A stretch of DNA of 64,000 nucleotides, taken from NCBI RefSeq assembly GCF_963921235.1, contig NC_086108.1:114764001-114828000 (forward strand), in the 5' to 3' direction. Below, in pieces: positions 25,336 to 38,477 of the stretch. A model generated the notes under the pieces. The model did no database searches and was not told where the DNA came from. It saw nothing but the letters and a program-made list of their open reading frames with translations. Every line of letters begins with the position of its first letter. The stretch's first letter is position 1. This DNA comes from Mobula hypostoma. Its lineage: Eukaryota. Position numbers and translations under genes: made by a program.

Positions 25336-27024
25336 CCCTAGGGAGATGCCAATCAATATTTGGGCAAATAAAATCTCCCACCACAACAATCCTGTTATTA
25401 TTACTCCTTTCCAGAATTTGTCTCCCTATCTGCTCCTCGATGTCCCTGTTACTATTGGGTGGTCTATAAGAAACACCCAGTAGAGTTATTGACCCCTTCC
25501 TGTTCCTAACCTCCACCCACAGAGACTCCGTAGACAATCCCTCATGACTTCCTCCTTTTCTGCAGCCTTGACACAATCTCTGATCAATGGTACCACACCC
25601 CCACCTCTTTTGTCTCCTCCATCCTTCCTGAAAAATCTAAAGCCTGGCACTCGAAGTAGCCATTCCTGCCCCTGAGCCATCCAAGTCTGTAATGGCCACA
25701 ACATCATAGCTCCAAGTGCTGATCTATGCTGTAAGCTCATCTGCTTTATTCATAATCATCCTTGCATTAAAATAGACATCTCAAACCATCGGTCTGAACA
25801 TGTCCCTTTTCTATCACCTGCCTATCCTCCCATTCGCACTGTCTCCAAGCTTTCTCTATTTCTGAGCCAACTTCCCTTTCTTCTGTCACTTCAGTTCAGT
25901 TCCCACCCCCCAGCAATTCTAGTTTAAACTCTCCCCCTAGCCTTAGCAAACCTTCCCACGGGGATATTATTGGTTCCCCTCAGATTCAAGTGCAACCCGT
26001 CCTTTTTGTACAGTCACACCTGCCCCAGAAGAGGTCCCAATGATCTAGAAATCTGAATCCCTGCCCCCTGCTCCAATCCCTCAGCCATGCATTTATCCTC
26101 CACCCCTCATTCTATTCCTAAACTCACTGTTACGTGGCATAGGCAGTAATCCCGAGATTACTACCTTTGAGGTCCTGCTTCTCAACTTCCTTCCTAACTC
26201 CCTGTAGTCTGTTTTCAGGACCTCCTCCCTTTTCCTACCTATGTTGTTGGTACCAGTATGTACAACAACCTCTGGCTGTTCTGCTTCCCACTTCAAGATA
26301 GCGTGGACATGATCAGAAACATCCTGGCCCCTGGGAGGTAAACTACCATCCGTATTTCTTTCCTGCGTCCACAGAATCCTGTTTGACCCCCTATCTATAG
26401 AGTCCCCTATCACTGCTGCCATCCTCTTCCTTTCCCTACCCTTCTGTGCCAGAGGCGCAACCACTGTTACTTCCCCCAGGTAGGCCGTTCCCCCCAACAG
26501 TACTCAAGCAGGAATACTTATTGTTAAGGGAGACAGACCCAGGGGTGCTCTCTAGTACCTGTTTCTTGCCCTTCCCTCTTCTCTGTCTCCTGTAGTCCCA
26601 GAGTGACTACCTGCTCCTCTCTATCACCTCCTCACTCTCCCTGAGCAGACGAAGATCATCGAGCTGAATCTCCAGTTCCCTAACGCGGTCTCTAAGGAGC
26701 TGCAGCTCGATGCACCTGGTGCAGATGTGGTCGTCCAGGAGGCTGGGAGACACCAGGACCTCCCACATCTGACACTGAGCACAGAAAACCAGCCTCGCAC
26801 ACATACTTTCTGTCCTTATTTTAAACAGATAACCTACCTGGCCTCAACCCTTTATCGCCAAAACCCTGTTGAGCCAAAGCCTTCCTACTCGGTCTCCCTC
26901 GACTCTGTCGCCCGCTCCTCCGATGCCCACTCTGTAAACATGTCTTCTTTTTAAACTCTTCCCGCTGTTCTCACTGGCTGACTTCCACGTGCTTGCGCAG
27001 TTGTGCCCCGTTCAAACCGCTGAA

Positions 27025-28790
27025 GAAATAAGTATGTTAAAAACAAAAGAGAAATGAGAGTGGATATAGGATTGCTAGAAAATGAGGCAGGAGAAATAAT
27101 AATGGGGGACAAGGAGATGGTAGATGAACTAAATGAGTATTTTGCGTCAGTCTTCATTGTGGAAGACACCAGCAGTATGCCTGTTGTTGTAGTGTGTGAA
27201 GGAAGAGAAGTGGGTAGAGTTACTGTTACAAGAGAGATGGTGCTCAAAAATCTGAAAGACCTAAAGGTACATAAGTCACTCGGACCAGAGGAACAGCACC
27301 CTAGGGTTCTGAAAGAGATAGCGTTAGAAATTGTGGCATTAGAAATTATCTTTCAAAAAATCATTGGACTCTGGCATGGTGCCAGAGGACTGGAAAATTG
27401 TAAATGTTACTCCACTCTTTAATAAAGGAGGAAGGCAGCAGAAAGGAAATTATAGACCGGTTAGCCTGACCTCAGTGGCTGGGAAGATGTTAGAGACAAT
27501 TGTTAAGGATGAGGTGATGGAATACTTGGTGACACAGGACAAGGTAGTACAAAGTCAGCATGGTTTCCTTCAGGGAAAATCTTGCCAGACGAACCTGTTG
27601 GAATTCTTTGAGGAAATTACAAGTAAAGGGGATGCAGTGGATGTTGTATATTTGGGCTTTCAGAAGGCCTTTGACAAGGTGCAACACAAGGCTGCTTACC
27701 AAGTTAAGAGCCCATGGTATTACAGGAAAGTTACTAACATGGTTATAGCATTGGCTGGTTGGTAGGAGGCAGCGAGTGGGAATAAAAGGATCCTTTTCTG
27801 GTTGGCTGCCAGTGGCTGGTGGTGTTCCGCAGGGGTCGATGTTGGGATCACTTCTTTTAATGCTGTATATAAATGATTTAGATGATGGAACAGATGGCTT
27901 TATTGCCAAGTTTGCAGATGATATGAAGACTGGTGGAGGGAGAGGTAGTGTTGAGGAAACAGGGAGGATACAGATTAGGAGAATGGGCAAGAAAGTGGCA
28001 AATGAAATACAATGTTGGAAAATGCATGGCCATGCACTTTTGTAGTAGAAATAAATGTGCAGATTATTTTCCAAACAGGGAGAAAATCCAAGAATATGAG
28101 ATGCAAAGGGACTTTGGAGTCCTTGTACAGAATACCCTGAAGGTTAGCTTGTAGGTTGAGTCAGTGGTGAGGAAGGTAAATGCCATGTTAGCATTCATTT
28201 CAAGAAGTCTATAATACAAGAGCAAGGAAAGGCACTGGTGAGGCCTCACCTTGAGTATTGTGAACAGTTTTGGGCCCCTCATCTTAGAAAAGATGTGCTG
28301 GCATTGGAGAGGGTCCAGAGGAGGTTTACAAGGATGATTCCAGGAATGAAAGGGTTATCATACAAGGAATGTTTGATGGCTCTGGGTCTGTACTGGCTGG
28401 AATTCAGAAGGATGAGGGGGGATCTGATTGAAACCTTTCAAATGTTGAAAGGATGTTTCCCATGGTGGGAGAGTCTCGGACAAGACGGCACAGCCTCAGG
28501 GTAGAGGGGCGCCCTTTCAAAACAGAGATGCGGAGAAATTTCTTTAGCCAAAGGGTGGTGAATTTGAGGCATCTGTTACCACATGAAGCTGTGGAGGCCA
28601 GGTTGTTGGGTGTATTTATGGCAGAGATTTATAGGTTCTTGACTGGACATGGTTACAGGGAGAAGGCCGGGAACTGAGGTTGAGGAAGAGATAAAGAAAA
28701 AGGATCAGCCTTGATTGAATGGCGGAGCAGACTCGATGGGCCTGATGGCCTAATTCAGCTCCTATGTCTTATTGTCTTATGGTCTTTATG
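27025..28790 (+). mobile_element. CR1 LINE, 5'-truncated and frameshifted
   Basis: ORF chain 27054-28677 with NYRPVSLTSV, PQGSMLG and KFADD; (tcttatgg)n tail. Confidence 0.9.
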
Positions 28791-29342
28791 GTGACCTGGG
28801 GGGTATATTTTTCACAGAGGATGGCGGGTATATGAAACGAGTAGTCAGAGGAAGTGGTAGAGGAGGATGCAGTTACATTTAAAAGCTGTTTGGACAGGTA
28901 CGTGGATAGAAGAAGGTTAAAGTTAAATCAAGATTAGTTTTATTTGTCAGGTGTACATTGAAATATCAAAACATACCGTGAAACATTTCATTTTCATCAT
29001 TATCTGTGATGTGCTGAGTGCAGCCCATAAACATCACCATGCTTCCAGCAACAACGTAGCACGTCAACCACTCAATAACCCTAACCCGTACATCTTTCTG
29101 GGATGTGGGAGGAAACCAGGGCACCTGGAGGAAACCTGTGCAGACACGGGGGCGAATATACAAACTCTGTACAGACAGTGGTGGTAATTGAGCACCGATC
29201 ACTGGTACTAAAAGGTGTTATGCTTATCACTACGTTACTGACATCCTTTGATATCTGTCGTTCCTGGACTTCATATCACTCCCTGAGGACTCCGTTTCCG
29301 TGTGTGTCTGTGGTTCACTGCCGCAACTTTCTTCCTCCCCAG

Positions 29343-29537
29343 ATATCGCGCTAACACCTTCTGCTCCAAGTCTGACGTTGATATGTTCTGCCGCGAGGTG
29401 TCCATCCTCTGCCGTCTGAACCACCCGTGTGTGATCCAGTTCGTCGGCGCCTGCCTCAGCGACCCCAGTCAGTTCGCCATCGTCACTCAGTACATCTCCG
29501 GTGGCTCCCTGTTCTCCCTCCTGCACGAACAGAAGAG
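29343..29537 (+). CDS. TNNI3K: TNNI3K coding exon (kinase)
   Basis: ccccag|A TAT CGC...AAG AG|gtacag; [64 protein letters not shown]; 195 nt. Confidence 0.97.
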
Positions 29538-29644
29538 GTACAGCCTCTCCTCACTAACCTTCTCCAGGCTTTGCTCTTGTGGAGTTTACCAGCTGGAGCA
29601 GGCCCTTCAGCCCATTCTGCCTGGCCTAGTCCTGTGGAGTGTCA

Positions 29645-29928
29645 GTATGAGAGAGAGGAAGGAAGAGTGTGCACAAGAAAGAGTGTGAGACAGATTGGCT
29701 GTTTTTGACATAGTCTTTGTGTAAGACAGAGAGAGTGTGTGTGTTTGCAAGGGGGGCTGTGCGCAAGACAGTCTGTGTGAGACAGAGAGAGAGAGTGTGT
29801 GTTTGTGAGACAGAGAATGTGAGAGACAAGTGGGTGTGTCTGTGAGACTGTCTATGTGTAAGAGAGTGTGTGAGAGAGAGTGGAAGATAATCTGTGTAAG
29901 ACAGAGAGAGGGAGCGAGAGACAGAGAT
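29645..29928. repeat. (GA)/(GT)-rich low-complexity tract
   Basis: Runs of gagagagtgtgtg and gagacaga. Confidence 0.7.
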
Positions 29929-29929
29929 G

Positions 29930-31680
29930 CCCATTCAAGTGCCTATATGAGTGTCATGAATGGCTGTCTTCTATTTGCCACCTCCACCAACCAGGCAGCA
30001 CATTCCAAGCACTTACCACACTCTGTAAAGATACTTGCCCCTCGCATCTCACCTTAAATGCATGCCCTCTGGTATTAAACATTTCAACCCTGGGAAAAAG
30101 ATACTGACTGTCTACTCTCATAATCTTATAAACCTCTGAGATATTTCATCAGCCTCTGCCATTCCAGAGGAAACAACCCGAGTTTGTCCAACCCTCTGTT
30201 ATAGCACATGTTTGCTGATGATACAAAGGTTGGAGGTGTAGTAGACAGTGAGGAAGGTTTTCAGAGCCTGCAGAGGGACTTGGACCAGCTGGAAAAATGG
30301 GCTGGAAAATGGCAGATGGAGTTTAATACTGACAAGTGTGAGGTATTGCACGTTGGAAGGACAAACCAACGTAGAACATACAGGGTTAATGGTAAGGCAC
30401 TGAGGAGTGCAGTGGAACAGAGGGATCTGGAAATACAGATACAAAATTCCCTAAAAGTGTCGTCACAGGTAGATAGGGTCGTAAAGAGAGCTTTTGGTAC
30501 ATTGGCCTTTATTAATTGAAGTATTGAGTATAAGAGCTCGAATGTTATGATGAAGTTGTATAAGGCATTGGTGAGGCCGAATCTGGAGTATTGTGTTCAG
30601 TTTTGGTCACCAAATTACAGGAAGGATATAAATAAGGTTGAAAGAGTGCAGAGAAGGTTTACAAGGATGTTGCCAGGACTTGAGAAACTCAGTTACAGAA
30701 GAAGGTTGAATAGGTTAGGACTTTATTCCCTGGAGCGTAGAAGAATGAGGGGAGATTTGATAGAGGTATATAAAATTATGATGGGTATAGATAGAGTGAA
30801 TGCAAGCAGGCTTTTTCCACTGAGGCAAGGGGAGAAAAAAACCAGAGGACATGGGTTAAGGGTGAGGGGGGAAAAGTTTAAAGGGAACATTAGAGGGGGC
30901 TTCTTCACACAGAGAGTGGTGGGAGTATGGAATGAGCTGCCAGACGAGGTGGTAAATGTGGGTTTTTTTTTAACATTTAAGAATAAATTGGACAGATACA
31001 TGGATGGGAGGTGTATGGAGGGATATGGTCCGTGTGCAGGTCAGTGGGACTGGGCAGAAAATGGTTCGGCACAGCCAAGAAGGGCCAAAGGGCCTGTTTC
31101 TGTGCTGTAGTTTCTATGGTTCTATGATTCTATGGTTCTATGTCCTTTAATCGAGGCAGTAGCCAGGTAAACCTCTCCAGTGCCTCAACATCCTTCCTCT
31201 AGAGGGGTGACCAGAACTGTATGCAAAACTCCAAATGTGGCCGAACCAGAGTTTTATGAAGTTGCAACATAACCAATTGACTTCTTACTAACAGAAGCAA
31301 AAGCAAGCATTGCAGCCTTCTGAACCACCCTACTGACCTGTGGAGCCAATTTCATGGAACTATGAACTCGGACCCCAAGACCCCTCTGCTCATCAACACT
31401 GTTGAGGGCTCTGCCATTAGCAATGATTACTGTCTTTTTACATTGGTTCTCCCAAAGTGCAAAACCTCATATTTCATCATGCAAAACTCCACCTGCCATT
31501 TCTTCATCCATACCTACAACTGATCTATATCCCACTGTATTCTTTGCCGGTCTTCTACGCTATCCATAACACCACCAATTTTCATATCAACTGCAAACTT
31601 ACTAACGCACCATCCACGTTTTCCTCCAGGTGATTTTATAAATATCACAAACAATCCTGGTGAGGGAAACTTCCGTAAAC
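29930..31680 (-). mobile_element. Old CR1 3' region, split by a younger CR1
   Basis: SKFAVDMKIGGVMDS (31514-31717); host rejoins as tagcacatg|tcctttaatc. Confidence 0.7.
30205..31142 (+). mobile_element. Young 5'-truncated CR1
   Basis: ORFs 30208-30519 and 30547-31110 are in the same frame with one stop between them; (ttctatgg)n tail. Confidence 0.92.
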
Positions 31681-32926
31681 TAAAGTGAAATGTTGAAGTG
31701 ATGGTTCTGGGTGGCAAAATGGGTGAGAATGGTAGGAGAGTGCACTTTGGGCATCTTTTAAGAGACCTCAGGCAGCAGACGCAGGAGGAACTCTGAATCG
31801 AGCAGCATCTGTTGGGAAGGGGGAATGAAATCAGAATCTTTTTTTGCTATTTGCATGATTTGGCACAGAACTGTCTCTGTGGCTGTGGCCTGCTCTCATT
31901 GACACAATAATAAACTGAACTGGCTGTCACTCCTCAACCGTTTCGTGGACTCGGCATTTTGATATTTAATATGCTGTGTGTATTTTGCTTGCTTTTCGCT
32001 GTTTGTGTGATTTGTTCTTTTTCATGCATTGGGAGTTTGATTGAATTGTTTCCATGGTGTTTCTTTGTTTTGTGGCTGTCTGTGGGAGAACGAATCTCAA
32101 GGGCTGTATACTGTATAAACTTTGATAAAAATGTACTTTTAACTTTGAGAATCAGGTTTAATGTCACTGACATAACAAGTTCAAGTTCAAATTTACTTTT
32201 CACTCAAGCATGCGTATGAATAGAGCCAACTGAAATGGCATACCTGCTGGGCACAGTGCAAAACACAGAACCAACGGTCACACAAAGTACAGAACACATA
32301 TAGTTACAATAGCAGAAAATATACAGTCACAAAAAAACAAAAAATAAACCTAAATGCGTTGTTCTTCAGAAGCAGTACATTGCAATGCATAAAATACGTA
32401 AATCACAAACCCTAAAGCAAAATAGTGACATTGTGTTCATGGGTTGATTCATTGTCCATTCAAAAACCTGATGGTGGTGAGAAAGAAGCTGTGCCAAAAA
32501 CACTGACTGTGGATCTTTCTTGAAACATTGAATCTATTGTCAGTGTTTTGTGCTGAAGCTTTGCATCAGGACTGTATCTACGGGTGGGTGCCCAGAACAG
32601 TGTTGGAATATTCCACAGACTGGGTGGAGGGGAGGCTGGGACCCTCAGGTGATGAGGGAGAGAGCCGAGATGATGGAGAGGGGCATGGGAATACTTCAGT
32701 GATATTCGAGCGAAGTGTAGGGAGCAGATTCGCCAAACAGAGGGAGAATATAACGGACAAAGAGATGAGAAAAGTAGATACAGATTCAGATTTATTTATC
32801 AGAGGTATATGTTAATGTAACTCTGCCATGGACAGTCCCAAGCTTGGCTGCAAAACAAAGAGGATAGGAGGATTGGGCATTCAGCTAGCAACTCCATCCC
32901 GTTAAAAACCCAGAGCTACAGAAGTC

Positions 32927-33300
32927 GTTTGAAATTGTGACCTCTCTCTCTCTGTTTGAAATTGTGACCTCTCTCTGTCTGTCTGAAATTGGGACCTCTC
33001 TCTGTCTGTTTGAAATTGGGGCCTCGTTCTGTCTGTTTGAAATTGGGGCCTCTCTCTGTCTGTTTGAAATTGGGGCCTCGTTCTGTCTGTTTGAAATTGG
33101 GGCCTCTCTCTGTCTGTTTGAAATTGGGGCCTCGTTCTGTCTGTTTGAAATTGGGGCCTCTCTCTGTCTGTTTGAAATTGGGGCCTCTCTCTGTCTGTTT
33201 GAAATTGGGGCCTCGTTCTGTCTGTTTGAAATTGGGGCCTCGTTCTGTCTGTTTGAAATTGGGCCTCTCTCTCTCTGTTTGAAATTGGGACCACTCTCTC
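32927..33300. repeat. 27-bp minisatellite, ~14 units
   Basis: Unit gtttgaaattggggcctc(tc/gt)tctgtct; 9-aa periodicity in the ORF track. Confidence 0.95.
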
Positions 33301-33354
33301 TCCAGAATTTTTTTGCCACTTATTCAGTTTTTGTCTTATTTCCTCGATCAACAG

Positions 33355-33459
33355 AATTATTGACCTTCAGTCCAAGCTAATCATCGCGATCGATGTGGCC
33401 AAAGGAATGGAATACCTTCACAACCTAACTCAGCCCATCATCCACAGAGACCTGAACAG
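33355..33459 (+). CDS. TNNI3K: TNNI3K coding exon (catalytic loop HRDLN)
   Basis: caacag|A ATT ATT GAC...AAC AG|gtacag; [34 protein letters not shown]; 105 nt. Confidence 0.96.
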
Positions 33460-33887
33460 GTACAGGGCCCTAAGCTCTGGGAGTGGAGGAGGTAATGAGG
33501 GCTGGGGGGTGGTGGAGGCAGGGACAGCCACCATATCCAGCAGATATCGTGGCTCACACTTTGATTGGCAAGGTGGAGAGGACAATGGAATAAGTGCTGG
33601 GTAATTGTGTTCGTGTAGATGGGTAATGCATGTTCAGCATTGACATGGTGGGCTGAATGGCTGTATCACTCCACTTTGCTAATGACTAAATGGGAAGTGA
33701 TGCACTTTGGAAGCAGTACTGATGCTAGGATATTCGTGACTGACAGAGCCCAGGGGAGTACTGAGGAGCAGAGGGACCTTGGAACACAGGTCCACAGATC
33801 CTTAAAGGTGGAAACACATGTACATAATGTGGTAAGGAAGTCATATGGGACACTGTCCTACATTAAGTGCAGACTTAGGGAGGTTCT

Positions 33888-34425
33888 GCAACACATACGA
33901 AATGCTGGCGGAAATCAGCAGGTCAGGCAGCATCTTCAGAAATGAATAAACAGTCAACATTTTGTGCTGAGACCCTTCAGGACTGGAAAGGAAGGGGGCA
34001 GAAATCAGAATTAGAAGGTGGGGGGAGGGGAAAGAGTTGGCAGGTGAGAGGTGAGACCAGGTGGGTGGATGGGGGAGAGGGGATGAAGTAAGATGTTAGG
34101 TGGAAAAGGTAAAGGGCTGAAGAAGGAGGAGGAATCTGACAGAAGAGGAGGGTGGACGATGGAAGAAGGGGGAGGAGGAGGGGCACCGTGGGGAGATGAT
34201 GGGCCGGTGAGGGGAAGAGAAGCCGTGAGAGAGGAGCCAGAATGAGGAATGAGAAAAGAGAGAATGAGGAGGGGTTGAAATTACCGGAAGTTTGAGTAAT
34301 CGATGTTCATGCCATCAGGTTGGAGGCCACCCAGATACAATATGAGGTGTTGCTCCTCCAACCTGAGTGTGGCTTCATCATTACTGTAGAGGAAGCCATG
34401 GACAGACATGTTGGAATGGGGATGG
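33888..34425 (-). mobile_element. Penelope-like element 3' end (GIY-YIG C-terminus + terminal repeat)
   Basis: - strand DEATLRLEEQHLILYLGGLQPDGMNIDYSNFR; decayed hammerhead motif at ~33951-33984. Confidence 0.75.
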
Positions 34426-35560
34426 AAAATGAGGTTTGGAAGTGAATGCATGAGGCTTGTTTGGTAAGTTTGCAGATGACGTGAAATCAGGAGGTTTTGT
34501 TTATAGTGAAGAAGGTTATTGTAGATTACAGGGGGATCTTAATCAGTTAGGGAAGTGGGCTAAGAAGTGGCAAATGGTCTTCAATACAGGTAAGTGTGAG
34601 ATGAAGCAGTCTGGAAAGTCAAACTAGTGTAGGACATTGTGTCAGTGGAGAACTAGGGATTGTAATGGAACAGGGGGATCTAGGAATCCATTGGAAGTGG
34701 TGTCATGGGTAGACAGGGTGGGGAAAATGGCTTTTAGTACCCTGACCTTCATCAGCTCGGTGACTGAGTATTGGAGAATGTTGCGGTAGTACAGAATAAG
34801 TCATTGGTGAGGATGCACTGGGAGTGCTATGTATGCTTTGGGTTACCCTGTTATAGGAAAGGTAGGATTAAACTGGAAAAGATTTACAAGGTAGCTGCCA
34901 GGACTGGAGGGCCTGAGTCACAGGGAGAGGTTGCCTAGGTGAGATCTTCAATCCTTAGAGCATAGAGACAACCTTATAGAAATCTTTAGAATTATGAAAG
35001 GCATAGATACGGTGGGTGGTAATGTCCTTTCCCCAGGGTAGGGGAGACCAAAACTAGAAAGCATGGGTTTAGAATGAGAGGGGAGAGATTTTAAAGGGAG
35101 CTGAGGGGCAACTTTTCATTCAGAAAGTAGTGATATATGGAACGAGCTGCCAGAGGGACTGGTTCAGCAGTGTAATTGAAGAAGTATTTGGATAGGTCCA
35201 GGGAGGGACAAGCCTTGTGGAGGATATGTACCGAATGCAGGAAATTAGGGTTAGCTATGTGGGCATGGTGGTTAGCATAGACTGGTTGGGCCGAGTGGCC
35301 TTTTTCCATGTTGTATTGCTCAGCAGTATGACTCGGAAACCTGAGGGGTAGGTGTAGGGTATCTGGAGTGAGCCAGTGGAACTGGTGGAGGCAGATGTGT
35401 TTACAGCATTCAAGAGGCTTTTGGGCAAATACATGCGTTGGAAAGGAGCAGAGGGATATGGACTTAATACAGGCAAGTGGGATGAACGTAGGTCAACATC
35501 ACGGTCAGCCCGGACAAGGTGGACTAAAGGCCTCTTTCTGTGCAGCACTGTTCTCTGGTC
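34425..35560 (+). mobile_element. Old CR1 3' regions
   Basis: aagtttgcagatgac (KFADD), agtggcaaatg and tggaacgagctgccagagg motifs. Confidence 0.7.
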
Positions 35561-36145
35561 GTGTGAGCTGCTAGGGAGACACTGAACATAGAACAGTACA
35601 AGTCATTCAGCCCAATATGATGTGCAGAACCAAGCCAATTAATCAGTAATCAAATGGCTAACTAAACTAATTCCCTAATGCCTACACAATCACCATAGCC
35701 CTTCATTTTCCTAATATTCATGGTCTAAACTTCTCTTAAAAGTGTCTAACGTATCTGCCATCCCGGCAGCACATTCCAGGTACCCACCACAAGTAAGAGG
35801 AACTTGTCCCTCACATCTCCTTTGAATTTACCCCCTCTCACCTTAAATGCATGCTCTCTGTGACCCTAGGCTCTACTCAGTCTGTGCCCCTCGTAACCCA
35901 AGTTTGTCCAAACTCGCAATAGCCCATGCACTCTAATCCAGGCAGCATCCTGGTCAACTTCTTCTGCACCCTCTCCGAAGCCTCGACATCCTTCCGATAA
36001 TGGGATGACCAGAACTCCAGATGAGGCCTAACTAGAGTTTTAGAAAGATGCAACACAACAAAGAACGTATAAATATACAGCTCATACAGGCTCTTCGGCC
36101 CACAATGTTACTGACCATGTATCCTACTCTGGAAACTGCCTAGAA

Positions 36146-36421
36146 AAGGGCCGGCTGGTGGCACAATGACATTGGCACTGGACCCGGAAGCAGAGGTTCC
36201 CGGGTTCGAAACCAGTCAGGTTCGCCCCGAGTACGCTTTCCATCCATGCCAGGTCCTCGTAAAACAAAGGGAAAATACTGCAAAAACTGTCTGTGTGAGG
36301 GGTGGCGCACCACACAGTCTCTCTCTCGCTCCGCGCCTTGTAAAAGCCATGAAAAAGACATCATCACGGACGCACGCACGCACACACAGACTCGCACACA
36401 CGAGGCACACGCCAAAAAAAA
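36146..36421 (+). mobile_element. tRNA-derived SINE with A tail
   Basis: A box TGGCACAATG, B box GGTTCGAAACC, A-run tail; TSD gaaactgcctagaa (36132-36145) / gaagctgcccagaa (36422-36435); inserted in a CR1 3' end. Confidence 0.8.
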
Positions 36422-36897
36422 GAAGCTGCCCAGAATTTCCCTACTGCAGAACCCTCTATTTTTCTAAGCTCCATCTGCCTATCTAAGAGTCTCTTAAAAG
36501 ACCCTATTGTGTCCGCCTCCATCACCGTCGCCGGCAGTGCATTCACGCACTCACTACACTCTGTGTGAAAAACTTGCTGACTGGGAACAATAATTTTTCA
36601 TTTAGATAAAATGATTAGAGGTGGCATGGTAACATAGTGGCCAGCATAAAACTTTACAGCATTAGCGACCTGGGTTCAGTTCTTGCTGCTGTGTGTGAGG
36701 AACTTGTCTGCTCTCCCCGTGACCGTGTGGGTTTCCTCCCACATTCCAAAGACTTGCGGTTAATTGGTCACATGGGTGAATTGTACGGTGTTTGCACATC
36801 GCATCAGAAGGGTCAGTTATCATAGTTTATTTCAAAATAAGAAAGAACAATAATCAACATGGTGAACGACCGATCTTTTCTCTTCTCTCTCCTGCAG

Positions 36898-36950
36898 CCA
36901 TAACATCCTGTTGTACGAAGACGGCCATGCCGTAGTTGCTGACTTTGGAG
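36898..36950 (+). CDS. TNNI3K: TNNI3K coding exon (DFG)
   Basis: ctgcag|C CAT AAC...GGA G|gttggg; HNILLYEDGHAVVADFG; 53 nt. Confidence 0.95.
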
Positions 36951-38424
36951 GTTGGGATCTGACAGATATGAGATCTTGGTTGACGTGTGTTGGGCAGGGG
37001 GCGGGGGGCAACCTAAAGGTCAAAGACTCACGGGCTATTCCTGGGGTTCGGACCACTGAACGTGGTGTTGATGTAACTGACTCCTGTCTTGTTAGAGAAG
37101 ACTCACAGAACCCTTGTTAGAGAAGACTCACAGAACAGAGGGATGGCCGAACAAATTGCCATATCACCCACCAACACAGGAGAGGACATTTGTATTCTAG
37201 TGCACCCTGTTCAAAGCAATGTAACCCCCTCCCCACTCCTAACCCTGTGTACACAGGGTTGAGAGATGACTTGATAGAAGTGTTCTAGATAATGAGAGGC
37301 AGAGATAGAGTGGTTAGCTAGAGACGTTTTCCCAAGGCAGCAATGGGAATTCCAGAGGACATCATTTTAAGGTGATTGGGGGATGCTAGATGTTGGAGCT
37401 TTACACAGGGACTGGTGGAATGCCCTGCCAGGGTGGGAGGGAGAAAGGGGCATCTTTACTGTTGTGGTGTTCTGCTAAATATGGTGGGCATGCTGGTTTG
37501 ATGCCAGAATGTGTAGTGACACTCGCGGCCTGCCCCCAGCACGTCATTAGGTTGTATTAATTGTTAACATGACAAATTTCGCTATACGTTTCAGTGAGCA
37601 TATGATAAATAAACTTGAATTTTGAACCTTGTGGATGAGGGGTCAGATGGTAGATGGCATCTGGATGGAGATGAAGGTATTTAAGTCTGGTAGGTTACGT
37701 TACAGCAGCTGGAACCATCAGCGGATGCATTTATTGTTCAATGTGAATAGAAGAACAGGAGTGGTGAGGCCACTCAACCCCTCAGTCCTATCCCGTCACT
37801 CAATGTGACCATAGCTGATCTGTCCCAGGACTCATCTCCTCTTCTGTGCCAGTTCCCCATCGCCTTCAGTCCCCTGATCTGTCAAACATTTCCCTCCCTC
37901 CACTTTCAATTCCACCCTCAGTGATCCAGTCTCCATACCATCTGAGTGGGGAATTCCAGAGATTCCCCTCCCTCTGTGAGAAGTCTCTACACATCTCAAT
38001 TTTAAATGTCCATCGCCCCCCCCCCATCCTCTCATGTGAGACTGTCTGTGGAAACATCTCCACCTCAATGTATGTTTCACTAAGATTGCCCCTCATTCTG
38101 ATAAATTACAAAGAATGACCAATCCAATTTCTTCAGTCACTTGGGACTCTCATCCCAGGAATTACCCCAGCGACCATCTTCAGGCCTGCCCGTTGTCAGT
38201 GTGTAGACTTACATTGGATAATAAGGGCTAGATTCCAGAGGTGGGTAAAGGGGATGGATACAGAGCAGTAGCCAGCAGGGGCAGGGGCAGGGGTAGAGTG
38301 GGCGGAAAGGCCTGTCTGTGTGCTGTCAAACTCTGTATCTGTAAGCACAGGTTCTCCCGCGCCAGTAATGTAAAGAACACAACATGAGGAGTGTAGGTTT
38401 GCTGAAGAATCTCTCTGTCTGCAG

Positions 38425-38477
38425 AGTCCCGCTTCCTGCTCTCAATGGATGAAGATAACATGACCAAACAGCCTGGG
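38425..38477 (+). CDS. TNNI3K: TNNI3K coding exon (activation loop)
   Basis: ctgcag|AG TCC CGC...CCT GGG|gtaggt; (E)SRFLLSMDEDNMTKQPG; 53 nt. Confidence 0.95.

Larger units (their letters stand above)
20060..27020 (-). mobile_element. Full-length CR1 LINE (ORF1 zinc finger + SGNH esterase; ORF2 APE-RT), degenerate, carrying nested insertions at 22417-24574 and 24593-25335
   Basis: ORF1 CAQC..HICTRC..coiled coil (26607-26804); VIGDSI..VHTGTNNIG esterase (26093-26497); endonuclease 25344-25740; RT 20466-22116; (catagaaa)n tail at 20060. Confidence 0.9.

Noticed and set aside
32885..33380. Repeat array that could be taken for a CRISPR array or a repeat protein
   Set aside because: Head-to-tail 27-bp units with no unique spacers, no cas genes, and a eukaryotic intron context
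33440..33459. HRDLN rather than HRDLK in the catalytic loop as a sign of a pseudokinase or pseudogene
   Set aside because: HRDLNSHN is the normal TNNI3K sequence; all other kinase motifs and exon phases are intact
36146..36225. tRNA gene (A and B boxes), also at 49754-49830
   Set aside because: No convincing cloverleaf; followed by SINE body, tail and TSD
37088..37136. 24-bp direct duplication cttgttagagaagactcacagaac
   Set aside because: Simple local tandem duplication with nothing inserted between the copies; no evident function
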